This document shows positions 34,741 to 50,349 of a stretch of DNA of 64,000 nucleotides, in pieces. The first letter of the stretch is position 1. The number at the start of each line of letters is the position of its first letter. The position numbers were made by a program, and so were the translations under genes. This DNA comes from Podarcis liolepis (taxonomy: Eukaryota), in NCBI GenBank assembly GCA_965112155.1, contig OZ218102.1, one strand, 5' to 3'. The notes under the pieces are model-generated. The model saw only the letters and a program-made list of their open reading frames with translations, was not told where the DNA came from and did not search any database.

Positions 34741-35780
34741 TCAAAAGTTAAAACCTGATGGCTTGAGCAGCATGTTTTAAAATCAAGCATTATAGTATTA
34801 AGACTACATGATTTGACTGAGGCTGAAATCCTATTCACATTTACTTCTGAGTAAGTATGCACAGGATTACACAACACAGCTTTAATAGATCAACTGTACC
34901 ACTTAAATCAGGTAGAAGACATGGTTCTCCCCCACCCCCCGGGCAAAAATTTAAAACTTGCAACTTTACAAATCTGACAATGAAAGATTTGAGAAATTAG
35001 GATTTCTGAAACAGCTACTGTGTTGAGCAGCAGATTCATCTTTTTCATGAGCCAAATTTGATGGTGAAAATGGTAATGGGTTGAGCTGGTATTACACAAA
35101 TAAACCTTAGGGTCACACACTTAGTAACTTCCTGGTTTTCAGCAAATCAGTTGGCCATTGCATCTGAATTGAGAAACAATGGTTTGTGCAAAGCCTGATT
35201 TGTTTTGTCAGATTGAATGACAAGCAATGGCTTGCTAAAAGGCAGGTTACAAATCAGAGTGCAAAAAAGAACTTAGTCCCACCTCTCCAGATACTTCATT
35301 ATATCTGAACCAATCTACAACGACTTGCAGTTTGTATCCAGAGCTGGAAAATTGAAGTGGAAGGACCAAGCACCCATTTTCAACCATTTTGACTCTAATT
35401 TGATAGCATATCCCATATTCCTAAGTCTGATAAAATGAAATATTAAAGAATACATCTCTTTTACAATGAGCATTAAACTTGCTAGTTAATAAAAGCTTTC
35501 ACTCAAGAGAAACTAAAGAAAGCTACTGTCCTTTTATTTTTTGAATCTATTTTGTCCTATGGGGACAGCAGCTTTAAAAATGTTTATTCAAGGCAAAAAC
35601 CCGATTCCACATTCCACAAAATTTGAGAAACATTCAAGTCAGAATTTTTTTTACATTTCTGAGCTTGACAAACACAGTGACTGAACAGTAAAGAATACAA
35701 TGTGCTTCATACTGTAAATTTCTAATGCAATGCTGTCAGCAAAAATGCTTCAAATAAAGGAGAAATGGTACAAGACTCAC

Positions 35781-35912
35781 TTGCACTTTAACTTCCTGAT
35801 GGCTGAGAAGAGGAACCAAATGAGGAACTATCCCCGAGTCTATCACCATCTGAATCTGTTCATTGCCTGAATCTGTTAAGTAGGAGAGGGCCCACACTGT
35901 ATCTACCAATAT
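35781..35912 (-). CDS. KPNA4: KPNA4 exon 11
   Basis: [44 protein letters not shown]; AG/GT. Confidence 0.96.
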
Positions 35913-36869
35913 CTGTTCAAAAATCAACAAGACACATTAGAGTAATACAAAGGAAGTTCTGCAAGACACAATGAGTCATATATAAACAGAAGCATTTCCC
36001 ATTGAAAACAGTGATGTTCTCAGCCTACTTAGTATTTTAAGTTTCTGCAACATACCACAAAATAAATCACGGACGGTATCTGACAAAATCCCTTGCAAAT
36101 TTTTGTTTCATACTTGCTTTCAAAAACATTTCCTGCTGAATCTTAAAACACATTATGCTGCTAACTCCTCAGCTATGACACTTGTCTAATTTCCACCAGC
36201 AAGTATATACATTATATCAAAAGGCCTCTGGCCTCTCCTATGTATTGGCAGAGTGGATTCTGATTTTGTTGCAGGTTAAGTCCCAGCCCAGCTAAGAACA
36301 GAACGTACAGAGAAGCATGTTCTGCAGATTTATTCCTGAACTGAATGGGTGCTTCATGGGCTGTCCAACAGATAAGTGCCTCAAACGCTAAGCCCTTCCA
36401 AAAAGGATAGAATTGTCCCACTCAGATGATCCAGAATGACAGTTCTGGTAGGTATTCTTATTTTAAGGGAATGATCCCATCCACCACCAACTTAGTGCTT
36501 GCCTATGGATATATGTTAAGTAGAGAACCAGTGGGAAGTCTATGCAAGTCTCACCAACCCTGTGGGAGATGAAATTTGTGCCAGTGAACATAACTTTTCT
36601 GCAGTTACCGGGACCATAGCCCCCATGTAAACTGCAAGTTGTCTGTATTTGTGAACTGTCCCTCAGTTTTGTGGGAGCACTGACTTCTGAAATATGTTTT
36701 ACTCCTTTGAGAGACTTTTGCTTTGTTAATAAGACTGACAAGTATCCACCAATAGAGCCAAAGAGGCACAAATTGCTTTCAGGGGTAACCTGGCGAGGCT
36801 GTGATTTGTTTTTTCAATATGTGCTTATAATTAATCAGTAAACAGGCCGTGCAATATTGAGATACTCAC

Positions 36870-36914
36870 ATTTACATCTGTGTGATGAATTAAAACACAG
36901 AGTGCTGGGAGGAT
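36870..36914 (-). CDS. KPNA4: KPNA4 exon 10
   Basis: ILPALCVLIHHTDVN; AG/GT. Confidence 0.95.
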
Positions 36915-36995
36915 CTAGGAGAAAGAGAAAAAGGTAATTCAAAATTCTGCAGGAAAGCTCACAGTGATAAAATTTCAACAAAGAAGTAGTTTTAC

Positions 36996-37165
36996 CTCCT
37001 GGATCGTTTCCATAGGTGGAGGCGGGTCTTTGTGGCGACACAAGTTGACCATTACCCAAGTAACATTTCTTAAGAAAGTTATGGGAATAGATGGGCTGAT
37101 GAATGACAGCAGAGGCTTCACCACTCCAAGACTAATGACATAATCTCTACACTGGGGTCCATCAC
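36996..37165 (-). CDS. KPNA4: KPNA4 exon 9
   Basis: [56 protein letters not shown]; AG/GT. Confidence 0.96.
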
Positions 37166-39056
37166 CTGTATAAACATGGAGGAGCTTGTGGGTAGAAGAA
37201 ATATCAACACTGGTCTATCAAAATTGCTTTTCCCCATTAGGATAGCTCTCTCTGTATGTGAACAGTTTGAAATAAGCAACTTCCAGGTATAGACTCAGTT
37301 TGTTAGAATGGTTGATTTGTAGAATTAAGAGTTGGAATGGGTGCTTGCAAGTCATCTAAGTCCAACCTCCTCCTTGATGCAGAAAATCTACAAAGGATGG
37401 CTGTCCAGCATCTGTTTGAAGACCTCTGGACAGAGAGACGGCACTCCCAAAACCCCTTTTGGGAAAGCAGAAAACAAGCCCTTGCCTTTTTCTGTAACAG
37501 CCCTTCAGGCATTTGAATAGTGTTGTTGGGGCAGCATTTGAAATAATGAGAAATGAGAATGCTTCTACATTTCAGTATTTTTAGCCAATGTGTAAAGTCA
37601 GAGTTATGACTGACAAGTGCTATGGAGAAATTTAGAGTAATACACATTTTAGAGAAGACCCCTAAATAACCCAGGAAGTCCTTTCTCCAAAAAATTGTAG
37701 AAGAAACTGATTGTTCATTTTCAAACTTTCTTCTTCTTACCTAGTAGAAGCAGAACAGTTGCTGCTGAGAGAAAATAACTAAGAAAACCAGTACTTTAGT
37801 GTAGCTGTAAATCAGATTATTTTTTGGGGGGGGGGGAATTCCGCACTCCACCCCTAAGCATGAACATTATAGATCCCTTTTTGTTACAAAAAAGAGAAAA
37901 GGGTGCTTATCAATGTTCTGTTAACATGGCTGTAGCTATTATGAGACAGAAATAACTACAACAAATGCTCTTAGAATACACTGCCTGCTTTTTAACAATT
38001 TAATCTTGAATTTTTCCAAGTATGGGCATCTTGGCTGCCATAAATCTTATGCCTCATCTGAACTCTCCCCTCCACATACTCCAAATACCATGCTAGGTTG
38101 TTCACTGAAATGTAGTATTTCCAATCTATGAAAAACCAACAGTAAATTCAGGAAACTTGAATACTTTGCATGGTTTGGCGGGGACTATTTTTTGTCACTA
38201 ACAGCTATGTTGTAAGTAGACATTCAAGAGGTTAAGCCTTTTGAAACATAGAAATGCAATTGTGGAAAATGTTTCACCAGTGAGGCCCCTGATTTATTTG
38301 TGAGTTCTCCAAAATAGAATACAAATTGGTGTATGACATAAAAGGTATGCAAATATATGCCCTCTTTTGCATGTGGCTGCGGAGGGCCCAATCCATATAT
38401 AATGCACTAGGTCTAGAAAATCATGTTGGCACCTATGCACAGGATACACTACCATGACTAGATATATTAAGCTGGCATAATAGCATAATAGCTTCTTCAA
38501 CCTGCCCTGCCCATTTTTGGAAATGCATAAAGTCAAGTATGAAGTCATAACCTTCTTGGCTGAGTGTCCTAGAAGACCTGCCCCCTGTCTTGAAGGCCTT
38601 TACCCACCTGGCCTGGGGGAGGGGATGACTGACTCCAGCCAAAAAACCAGAGGCTGCTGAACAGTCTCTTGGGCTAGAGTTTTGTTTTGTGGGCTTTGTT
38701 GGGGGGAGGGGATTGCTGCTGCTCAGCAGCAGAAAAGCTATAGACTTCTGATTCTTAACTGTAGTAGTTTAAAGAATGTAGTTTGATACAGAGAACTAGA
38801 AATGCATATGCTATGCATAGGTATCAGATATTCCACCAACTTGGGAGCTTTGCTTGCTGTGTGATGAATACCGAGAATAAGTGCACCATGACCTGAATGA
38901 CTCATGTAACATCCTTCCATGTGATTTACTTGTCTGAACCTTCATGTGCCTAACTAAAATATGCTTTGGGAAAACACTCCCTAGCACAATTGTGTACATC
39001 GCTGGAGAAAAATAGCTTTCATTCAGTAGTAAAATTCTAAGCAGTTCTCATTGTCA

Positions 39057-39254
<198 letters not shown>

Positions 39255-40714
39255 TTAAACTTTAAATCATGGAATATATAAACAGCCATTCCTCATTCAA
39301 AGATATTCAGATTGCAAATCATGCATAGTCGCAATTTGTCTAGTTATCACTCAACTGATACATAATTTCAGGGGCTTAGTGCATGGAACTGAACCTCTTG
39401 AGAAAAAAGAAGCGCCTTTCTGAACCTCCAGTTCTTCCTCCAAAGCACTATAATGTTCAAAATAAATCCTTCAAATTTTTTCCAACAGGCAAGATGCACA
39501 ACTGTGTCTGGAACTTAGCATATCTCCCCAATGAGATGTAGCACACTCAGTATGCAGACAGAACAATGATGTGTAAAAGTGGAATTACCACACACTTATT
39601 TCTGTTCCTTTTGCATTATGGCTGAAGGTAGCATAAAGCCTCCGTCATTGCCACTTCAGTTTTGCAAAGCTCTGCAAACAGTATCCTTCTCCTGTGGAAT
39701 ACTTCTAAGCATGTATGGCACTAAATCCCACTGACAGCACATTTTCAATTTACTATATTTTTTTATCTTTAAACAGCCATTGGGTTGGATCCAGACCTCC
39801 TGCAAACACTGCTGACAATCTCTCCTACTTCCTGCAGCCTCTTGAACAGATATGAAGGGTTGGGAGAGCTTGTGGAATAGCATGAGAGGTGTCACTGGGA
39901 TTTGCCGAGGCGGCAGGGAAATTGGTGAAAACCACCTTTCCAGCAGGAAACCCACATTGGTTCTTCATCCCCTCTGAGAACTGAAGAAGTCCTTTCACTC
40001 TGGTAAGGGCAAGTCTGGATCCAACCCATTATAAAAGAAAACTAGAGAAGTAACTATTTTTAAAAAATATAAAAAGTCTTTTATACCGATCAAGAAACAC
40101 TGAAAACAGTCATATATTAGCAGTGGATAGTTCCAGAGATATTCTTCAGATTATATATATTTTAAAGGCAATTCCACATATTCAAAACAATGTCCAAATA
40201 CTAAACAGCAGTTAATCTTAGCTACGATTAGTGAAAGTAAGTCAGTTTAAAACCTTGGCTGGCTTGTTTCCCACTAATCACAGTTTGTCTAGGTTCAGAT
40301 GTCACAAGCTGAATTGGTTCTAAAAAGGAAGAGAAAGTTTATGGATGTCTCTTCATAGTGGTGCCAGAAGGAAGGCGGGAACTAGGCTTGTTATTGTAAT
40401 GCTAAACTATGGTTTAGTGTTACATGCAAATTTGGCCACAAGCTCCAAATCAATTCGTTACTTACTAAATCCCATATTTCTGATCACAAAGCGGGAACAC
40501 CTTCAGTGCTATCCAAATTTAATTTCAGTTTAGTGAGAGATTATGTACACATCTTCCTTTTAGCGTATGATTCATTGATTAGCATTTAGAATTCAATCAT
40601 CCTGGCTACAGCATCAAAGAACCAACTCATTGGCACATGTGAATGAATACCCAAAGAAGAAATATATCGTGTGCATAGTTCTACTCAATCAGCAAGGCAT
40701 TTTTGCAGGAGTTA

Positions 40715-41036
<322 letters not shown>

Positions 41037-43378
41037 TCAAACTTTCGGGCAAAGTTCAAATGGCTCCAATTGATTATTATAGCTAAAAACATGAAAAGCA
41101 GCTAACAGGGATTTCACAGCATACTCCATTTCCTATCTTAACATAAAAATTAAAAAATATGGTAGTAATTATTCTGATATTTCATAAGTAACAATCAAAT
41201 ACAATTTAAATTTAAACCAGTAATTCTGAATGCATTATCTTACCTCCCCCTTCTTGACATTTGTAAAATATATTTTAAAGTCCAAAATGTCTTAAATTAA
41301 ATCAAAATTAAACTGAAAGGAGATCAAAGGCAAGCAAATGTGCCCATTTGCCTCTTTTTAAAAGAGAAGACACAAGATAGCTACCTGGGCCAGAGTGCTA
41401 GACAGTACAAAAATATGTTCATTATCCTGCTACAGAACATCATATACAGAGATTGCTGGTGATTGAAAGAATTGAATAAGACTGGTTCTCTCCTTTTTTA
41501 GAGGGTAAAGTTCTTGTCAGGATGGAGAGAATGGATGGCTGCAGAAATGTGGAATGTTCTCCCCCAGGGAGGTTTCCCTGGTACCTTTGTTACAAATTTT
41601 TAGGCGCCAGGCAAAACCATTTCTCTTCTCCAAGGCCTTTGGCTAACTAAACAATCTATGGCCTTTAAACTGGGGGAGGGGTTTGGGTTATTGTTTTCAT
41701 TTGTTATTGCATTGTGCATTCTTGTGTTTTTATATTGTAAACCACCCTGTGAATGATTGTATATAAATTTTATAAATAAAATAAAGAGGTACATGTGTGA
41801 GCGAAAGTGTGAGGTGCCAAGCATCTTGAGCAAAAGGGTATAGGGTGGCTCTAGTCCTGAAGCACCACCCCTGCTTTAAACAGAACAAAGGTTTCTTGTA
41901 TACCTTGGAGAGAAGAGTTTAGAGCTGGACAACTGGCTGGTCAAGTATTTCATGAGGCCAAAGAATGACACTACACATGTAACAGTCTACTGCTGTTTAT
42001 TTCATTATCACGCCATGTGTTAGCAAGAGGAGTGAGAACTGCTTTTCCCCTAATCTTGAAGCAGTCAGGTTCATACCCATGATACATTAGATATTGCATG
42101 AAGATAGAACAGGTCAAGCTGTTGCCACTGATATATGGGAGAGCTGCCTTTAAAAACTGACATTAAATATTTTAATATATTAATGAAATATTTATAGACC
42201 ACACTTTATCTATCCAGCTACTAGGTCTGAGTCCAGGATATAAATCAAAAAAGGCAAAAATAAATAAATATGAAGGCAGTTAAAACTATGACATCAAAAT
42301 ATCAAAACCATGGGTAGCCAACATGGTGCCATCCAGATATTGCTGGACTATAATTCCCATCAACTCCATCCAGCCTAGTCAATGATCAGGGATGATGGGT
42401 GTTGGGAATTTAAGAACATCTGAAGGAAACCAAACTATGAATAAATATAACCCTGGGATAATCACTCACTTAGAAATCCTTAAAATACCCCATCAAATAA
42501 ATCAGTCTTGGTCTGATACCATCATGATAGCAATGTTGGCACCAGCAGCACTTTTAAATGAAGGGTATTTTACATATCAGGTGCAGGTTAGTTCACTGAC
42601 AATGGAACAAGGAGAAGAGCCCCTCTGGCAACTACGTCTTCAGGTATGTCACCCAATACTTTGAACTGAGCTCAAAAGCAGATAAGCAGCCAATATAACT
42701 TTGAAAATTGGCATCAAGCAACTCTATCTGGCCGTACCCATTAAAATTCTGGCAGCTGCATTCTACACTTATTGAAGCTTCCAGTTTGTCTTCAAGGCAG
42801 TTTTGTAACTTCATGGAAGTTACAAGAGCATGGACTGCTGTGTCAAAATGGTCCCTGTCCAGCCAAAGCTGGTTCCTTTCTTTGGCTCTTTTTAATTTCT
42901 CTCTTAATTTAACTGTTAAGGTGGCCCTGGCATTCCAGGATAAAAGTTAAAGAGAGAGAACACTTATTTCATGAATCATTCACAATTACATGTTATATAA
43001 CCTTCTTGAAAGTTATATTTGGCAAACTAACAAAACATCTGACCAACCATCCAACTTTTATCATCTATCAAAAGTGCACTTTTTTTTAAAAAAACCCTCA
43101 AACAATTTCCCTTAAAATATATGTCATTTTATGCCCAGTTACTTGTGGCATTTTGTGAAATATTGATTTCATTAATATTTGCATGAGGAAAATGGAATTC
43201 AATTGTTGATCAACTTGTGCTCCAAACCAATTTAGAATATGTCAAATACAGATTAGTGTTCACATTAAGAGCAGCTGAAGAACCAACATTTCCAGTCATA
43301 ACACAGCACAGCTACCGATTCCACTAACAAACTGTACTACCATAGAAGAAAGCATATCTGAGTAAATTATTCTCTTAC

Positions 43379-43431
43379 CTTGCAGCTTGCACTGCACTTA
43401 ACTGGATACCTTGGTTGTCACTTGAAGCATT
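43379..43431 (-). CDS. KPNA4: KPNA4 exon 5
   Basis: NASSDNQGIQLSAVQAA; AG/GT. Confidence 0.95.
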
Positions 43432-43511
43432 CTAAGAAATAAATATATTTAAAAATCAGGACTTTCACAATATAAGTGAATTTTAAAAACAGAAGTGGTT
43501 AAGATACTTAC

Positions 43512-43541
43512 CTGCACTATTGCCTCTAGAGATGTGTTTTG
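43512..43541 (-). CDS. KPNA4: KPNA4 exon 4
   Basis: QNTSLEAIVQ; AG/GT. Confidence 0.95.
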
Positions 43542-43620
43542 CTGAAACAAATATCAAAGCATTAGAAATGTATTCAAAAAGACATACATATATAATATTT
43601 AATCACCAATTAGTTCTTAC

Positions 43621-43710
43621 CACTCTGAAGTCACCATCTATATCAGAATCTTCACAGATATCTTCATGAGGTACGTTTCGTCTCTTTAACAGATGCTCAT
43701 CTCTTTTGTT
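43621..43710 (-). CDS. KPNA4: KPNA4 exon 3 (IBB domain)
   Basis: [30 protein letters not shown]; AG/GT. Confidence 0.96.
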
Positions 43711-44491
43711 CTTTTAAATACAAAATACAAATTACATTCAGACAAGGGGCATCTGCTTTCCCCAATGCTTCAAAAGTGTATTATAAATATTTGTAAAATT
43801 TAAAACATGCAAATATGTAATGTAAGAAAAATGCAGTGTACAAAGCAATAAAAAATATTAAGGGTAGAAAATACAATAAGAGGCTTATAATTCATATTAC
43901 AGTATAGAAAAAGTTACATGATTTACATAACCTGACACAGTACACATTTATATTCACTATTTATAATTTGCCAATCAAATTTTATATTCATATAGGTAAC
44001 AGTTTTGTGTAATTCTAAAGCTTGCATGTTCCAAAGTTTTAAATGATCAAGTACATAAACTTTTTGGGGAGGAACAGAGTAATGGAACTAAAGAGTAGTC
44101 TATTCATGGAGTTTTACATGGAGCAGTTGAGGAATGGCAGCCATGGATGAAAAAGAACTATGCAGTTGAAAGGTTACTGTAAGTCACTTTAGAAATATCT
44201 AGAATTCTGAAAAGCAGCATAAAAGCTAACTTAGAACAGTACCCAACAATGTAGTTCCATTAGTGAAAGGTCTGGTTGCATAAAGGAACTTCTCCCTCAC
44301 ATCTCCCAGCACATAACTAAATCTTTTGAGAAGATCTGGAGAGGGCACGGTGCGGTGGGTAGTTTTATTGTGTAAAAGGAAATCCTGACACTAATGCAAG
44401 CACTTTGTTGGGTACCAACCTAAATAAAAAAAAATGCCTAATACCAATCAATTTTTTTTGCCAATTATATAGATAGGTGCCAACCTATTTA

Positions 44492-44660
44492 CCGTATTTT
44501 TCGCTCTATAACACGCACCCGACCATAACACACACGTAGTTTTTAGAGGAGGAAAATCCGTAGGCATGCCACCCGTAGGCATTTCCTCCATAACACACAC
44601 AGACATTTCCCCTTACTTTCTAGGAGGAAAAAAGTGAGTGTTATGGTGCAAAAAATACGG
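44492..44660. mobile_element. Tc1/mariner-type MITE
   Basis: TA-ccgtatttttcgctctataacac ... gtgttatggtgcaaaaaatacgg-TA. Confidence 0.82.
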
Positions 44661-45985
44661 TACTCTCAAACAAAATTCTTATAGATATGCCAAGGAAACT
44701 GGCATTCTACTATTGGATTATGGATCTTACATTAATACGTATATATGCATTTACTTGATATTGTTCTTTTCCCACTCCAAAGTTTCAGACTTTTTGGGAG
44801 GAGCAGAGTGATGCAAGCAAAAAGCAAGTTGTCTGTGCAGAAATGTGCCTTACATGGCAATAGTCAAGGAACAGCAGCAATGAGAAAGAAAGGAGTATGC
44901 AGAGCAAATAGCTATCCCCGAACATTGGAAGCTCTGTAGACCGCCTCTAAATTCTGAGCACGTATCATCACACACATATTTTAAAACTTTTTCTGCAGTC
45001 AAAGGGAGAGCCAAAATTCTCCTAATACATTTAATACAAATAACCTCAATTATTTTTGAAATGGATTTTCCTTGCTACACATGCCCAATTAAACTTAAGC
45101 GCAATTTGTATCTACATAAGGAAAAGAAGTATTATCAGTGATATACACCAAAGCAAAAAAGTCAATTGTACAGCAAGGAAATAACTTGGGTAAATAATCA
45201 CTTTATAATGTGCAAAGCTTAAAGAAATCCATCATTATACATAGAAAACAATAACACATATTTAGACAGTGGTATTAGTAGAGCTCAATGCTTCAAGTGA
45301 AATCAAACAGAGGTGAGATGAATCAAATTTAAGCAGTTTAGTATTGCAGCTAGTAAACAATTAAAACATTGACCATGGCTGGGAAACTTCTAATGACAGG
45401 GAAAAGTAGTATTTCAGGACTGAAGCATCTGGAGTTTTCCATCAACAAATAAGAAACATAAGTTTGTAAATTTATGAACTTTGTATGTTCGTCATACTCA
45501 GTGAAGAACCATTAAAACTTAAGTCAATTGATTTCAATGGGAATCTGCAAGTGTGACTGGGGTGATTTGGGTATACGAGTTTTTTTCATATATGTGCCAT
45601 CCCCGGAACATAATCTTCATGCAAGATGCTTTTGTACGAGAAACTGAAGTCACCAAACAAAATTGACTGGCATTAGATTTAGGGCAATTAAAAAATAGTG
45701 CTTCACACTGTTCATAATTAGCCAATGGAATTCACTAAAAGATGCAGTAATGGGCATTAGTTTAGGCAGCTTTTAGAAAGATTAGAAAGTTTCATGTTCT
45801 CCTCTATGGATAGGCATACTATAGGATGCAATTCAGGAGATAATTGCTAGAAATTATGGGCTTGATCCAGTCTAAAATGGCAGAGCTTCTGTGGCTCATG
45901 TTCCTTGACTGATGAGAGGTGGCAGAGGATTCTTTAACATGGGGAAAGGGAATGGAAACAGAGCACATCTCTTTATTCTTTATAA

Positions 45986-46285
45986 CAGTGGTTCACAAAG
46001 GGTATGGCGCGCCACACTGGTGTGGTAGATGAGGATGGCAAGTGTGGTGGGAAGATTCAAGGACAGTCAACGGCACATTTAAATAGCATAGTATAGTATA
46101 ATATAGTATAGTAATTTTTTTTATTTGCAGAATATGGATAGGTATTTTTTTCAAAATCAATCACTGCTCAGAGTTGTTTCTTTTTGTTTTCCAATGTATT
46201 TATTATCAATAATTTTTTTTGGTGTGGCACGAACCAATTTTTATTCTAAAAGTCTGGCTCTGAGAAAAGAGTTTGGGAACCACTG
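45986..46285. mobile_element. hAT MITE
   Basis: TIRs cagtggttcacaaa / tttgggaaccactg; near-TSD ctttataa/ctttatgg. Confidence 0.78.
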
Positions 46286-46364
46286 CTTTATGGGGATTGC
46301 TGCACCTGCAGTGGATTGGATCAAGCCCACACTAAATTAAGTGATAAATAGCATTAAAGCTTAC

Positions 46365-46409
46365 CTTTCTTAATTCCACAACGACTTCATTTCGTTGTCT
46401 TCTCATAGT
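46365..46409 (-). CDS. KPNA4: KPNA4 exon 2 (IBB domain)
   Basis: TMRRQRNEVVVELRK; AG/GT. Confidence 0.96.
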
Positions 46410-48545
46410 CTGTAAAGTTACACAAGAAAGTTACATCTAGTTTCCACTGTTCAATAAGGCACAAACTACAGTGTCTTGAGACCTAAATGTCAACGTGGGG
46501 TTCAAACAATTCCCCACATGAAATTATAGGTTAACTATTCGAAGCATGAAAACTGCATACCCTTTGTTGTGGCTGTCTGAATTGGCTGCCTCAAGCCTTA
46601 AAAATGAATATTTAGCATTAGAAATTTGATGAAAGAAAAGTAGGTACAGTATTCAACTACTGAAACTAATGTTAAGGGGAAGCCTGGGGTCATATTTTAA
46701 TACACGGTGTTACTTTTATAGTTCTCATGTTTATTTTTCTTATTTACATCTTACTTTTCTTCCATCATAGAACCCAAAGCAGAGATCACCCATCTAGACA
46801 CTGACCAGACCCAGACCTGCTTAGCTTCAGCCAAGGAGATGGGTGATGCTTTTAGATCATACCCTCATCCACTATGGCAAAATGAAGTAACCTAGCTATT
46901 GCCGAATATCATTGTCTCATGAAAGTAAGTCTCATACAGAAGATACAGATTTAGTCTCTCTCTATCTGAATACTACCTAATGTTAGCAGTGCTTTTCTTC
47001 TAGGAAAAAAAAGGTACTGTTACTATGTATCCTTGAGTACTTGCAGAAAAGAAACACTAACTGTTAGGCAGTTGACATGTTTACTAATTGTATACAGACC
47101 AGTGAAACCTGCAACAAAATGAATAACAGTAGCCCACCTGGCCTGAAAAAAAAGATAGCATGATCAGGTCATGGGTGTGAGCAGAAGGGAAGAAAAGAAA
47201 AATTTTTTTTTTTCTTTCTAAGCCTCCTGGACCTTCTTCTGCTGTGCTACATAAAAACACCAGAAGGATGAGTTCTCGTGCTGGGTGTCAGACCTGAGCC
47301 ATTTGGGAGGCCAAAACAAGAAAGGAAAACCGCTCTTTTCCTTTCTTTCCTTAAACATCCCTGTACGTTACAGGAAGTGGGGGTGATTTCTAAAACATTA
47401 GGAGACATATCATCTCAAACCTAATCACAAACACCCTTATTTTCCTCAGCTGGCATCTACATCTATATTCACTAGGAAAGCCAAACTCAGCCAGTTCCCT
47501 GAGCAGACGCAGTATACATGCATCCCATAATCCTCAAAGTTAGAGAATTGTGGAATGTGTTCTGCTGGTGCTACTTAGCTCAGGGAACTTGCCTACACTG
47601 TTCCTTGTCTATCATCACTGTGGTACTTTAAAGAACGGGGTGAAACAGCTAAGGAAGCTGTATCACCCCGTCCCAATATTTTAAGGAAAACTTTCAATTG
47701 ATCTAAATAGAAGATTGACAATTGCTTTAAAGAAGCATATTTTCATACCAATACTATGGCTTTCAAAAATTAGTATAGATCTGCGCCAAATTTAAAAGCA
47801 GTGACAAAAATAAGCAATGCATAGAAAGATTATAGAGAAGGAAAACATCTAAAAATACAACCCTATCCAACACCTAATCAACAGTACTGTTGCTCAATAT
47901 TTAAAGTAAGTATTTCAGGCATGACCATTCATGTTCTATTGTCCAAAACTGACATTGACAGCCAGAGGTTTCACACCAAGGATTTCCTATAGGAAGGCGT
48001 TTCTAATACACACCCATCGGCATACATACAGGCAACAAAATAATATCTGATTAAACTCAGGCAGGGTCAATAGTTCAAGCATGAATCAAAATGTAGCTTA
48101 TAAAATCTGAGAATATGTTGAGAGCCACCGCACAAGCAAAATTAATAGGGACACCAGAAAATCACTAAAGTATCCCCTGTAGCACTGGTTCTTAAGGTTT
48201 TGTACTCATTATACATACTTGGAAACTACAATTAATTCAGAATGCGACAGCTAGGCTGGTGACTGGGAGTGGAGACCATATAACACTGGTACTGAAAAAC
48301 CAACATTGGCTCCAAGTACGTTTCCAAGCACTATTTGAAGTGTTGGTGCTGAACTTTAAGGCCCTAAACTGCCTAGGCCCTGTATTCTTTGACATTTCCA
48401 CTGCAGCAGAGACAAGTTAATTCTTTGTTTAAATTTAAAACAAAGTGAATTGCCTCTTCAGCAGGTGGAATGAATCTTAAAAGATACCACAGCCCTTCAA
48501 TTTTCTCCTATATTATCTTGGTCTCAGAGATCACTTAAAACAATA

Positions 48546-48798
48546 CAGTGGTGCCTCGCAAGACAAAAATAATTCGTTCCGCGAGTCTTTTCGTCTTGCA
48601 ATGTTTTTCGTCTTGCGAAGCACGGTCCGTCGCGACTGCGCCTCTTCAAGCGGCTTTAAGAAAAAAATGCAAGACGTTTTCGTCTTGCGAAGCAAGTCCA
48701 TAGGGAAATTCGTCTAGCGAAGCAACGCAAAACCGAAAAACCCTTTCGTCTAGCGAGTTTTTCGTCTTGTGAGGCATTCGTCTTGCGGGGCACCACTG
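48546..48798. mobile_element. pogo/Tigger-like MITE (same family as 10715-10995, opposite orientation)
   Basis: TA-cagtggtgcctcgcaagac ... gtcttgcggggcaccactg; repeated tcgtcttgcga motifs. Confidence 0.82.
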
Positions 48799-49145
48799 CA
48801 CCATGGTCCATTGAATTGCTAGAGACTCTGGCCAGCACTGCTCATCTCACATCTTGCCTCACATCCATAAAGATTGGCAATATGGCTTTGAGTTGCTCCT
48901 GCCACCTTCTCCAGTTTGTACTTATATTTCTGAAAATCCAGTTTTAAAAACTGGAGCTGCTAGACCAAAGGCAATCTTAATATCACGAAGCCAATATGTA
49001 TCCTCTGAAGTACAAAATCTGATTTTAATGCAGAAGTGACTCCACTTCCAGGATCAAGAACGAATTTCTGCTATCTGCACAGATCTGGGAACCCTCTGAT
49101 CAGGTCTCACCAACTGCACAAGTAAACCAAGAAATTGCTTTAGGT

Positions 49146-50349
49146 CGGTGTTTCCCAACTGGGGGCCATATGGGAATGCCAGGATATTCCAAGGGGGCCA
49201 CAGGTGAAAATCGCGTAAATGGGACACCACAGCACAAGGGGCCACAGAGGGAAGTGAGAAGTGAAGAAAAGAAATCAGTAAAAAATAAATTAAAAAATTC
49301 CTGATTGGTTGGCTATCTACTTGGCCAATTGCAAGTGGATGGGGGGGCAGCCCACTAGGGCTGAACGCTTCTTTTTGGCATGTGTGTTTTCTTAGAGCAG
49401 TCCCGGTTTGTTTCCTGTGGGAGAGGGCAATCATTGAGGCTCTCGTTTTGTTCAGCAGAGCCCATGATCCAGAACCTCCAGGTCAGGTAAGTGCGGGGGT
49501 GGGTTGGCAATGGGTAGGCAGTGCGAGTCAGAGCTGCTTGTTGCTACCGCCAGTCTGGACCAAGTGGCAGCCTGGGCCTGGCTCTGCATGGCGCAGGGTG
49601 CAATCCACCCCAGCACCTAGCTGAACGGGGTTGTCTGGTGCTGCTGACTTGCATCTAGTAAATAACTAAGTGTCTACACAAAAGAAAGCCACACTGAGTT
49701 CAGTGAGCCTTACTCCCAGGTAAAGGTTTGTGGGGCTATAGTGTTTTATCTGGGCAGCCATGGCTCCTCTGGACAACAATATCTTTTTGCACCAGGTCAG
49801 TGAGGACCACTTGCTTTTTAAAATTCTCCCATTTTCACATAACTCCCTGTGCGCCTTTTGGACTGTATCTGTAGGTTTCCCCCTGTGTCAAATAAGTGTT
49901 GTTTACTTTTTATAATACACAGAACATGGATCTCCCTCAGGAGGTTCTGGACTCTCCTTCCTTGCAGGTTTTTAAGCAGAGATTGGATGGCCATCTGTCA
50001 TGGATGCTTTAGCCAAGTTTCCTACATTGCAGGGGGTTGCAGTAGAAATATGACCCTTGAGGTCCCTTCCAGCTCCACAATTCTATGTTTTTCTGGTTCA
50101 ACAATATTTCATTATCATTTTATGTAACTGTATTTTGTATAATTTATAAAAATTATAAATAAAACATGTTCTATTTACAAACAAATTATTTAAATAACTA
50201 CTTTTCTACCAGTAGGATGGGGGAGGCATCGGTGTAGCCAATATTTTTGTTAAGGGGGCAGAACCTCAGATTTGTATTGATTTTTACTTATTGGGGGGGA
50301 GCTGCCCCCCAGGCTATGCTCTTGGGGGTCCACAGGTCGGGAAACATTG
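49146..50349. mobile_element. 1.2-kb non-autonomous hAT element with a nested CR1 3' fragment
   Basis: TIRs cggtgtttcccaac / gtcgggaaacattg; perfect 8-bp TSD ctttaggt; CR1 tail at about 49930-50087. Confidence 0.8.
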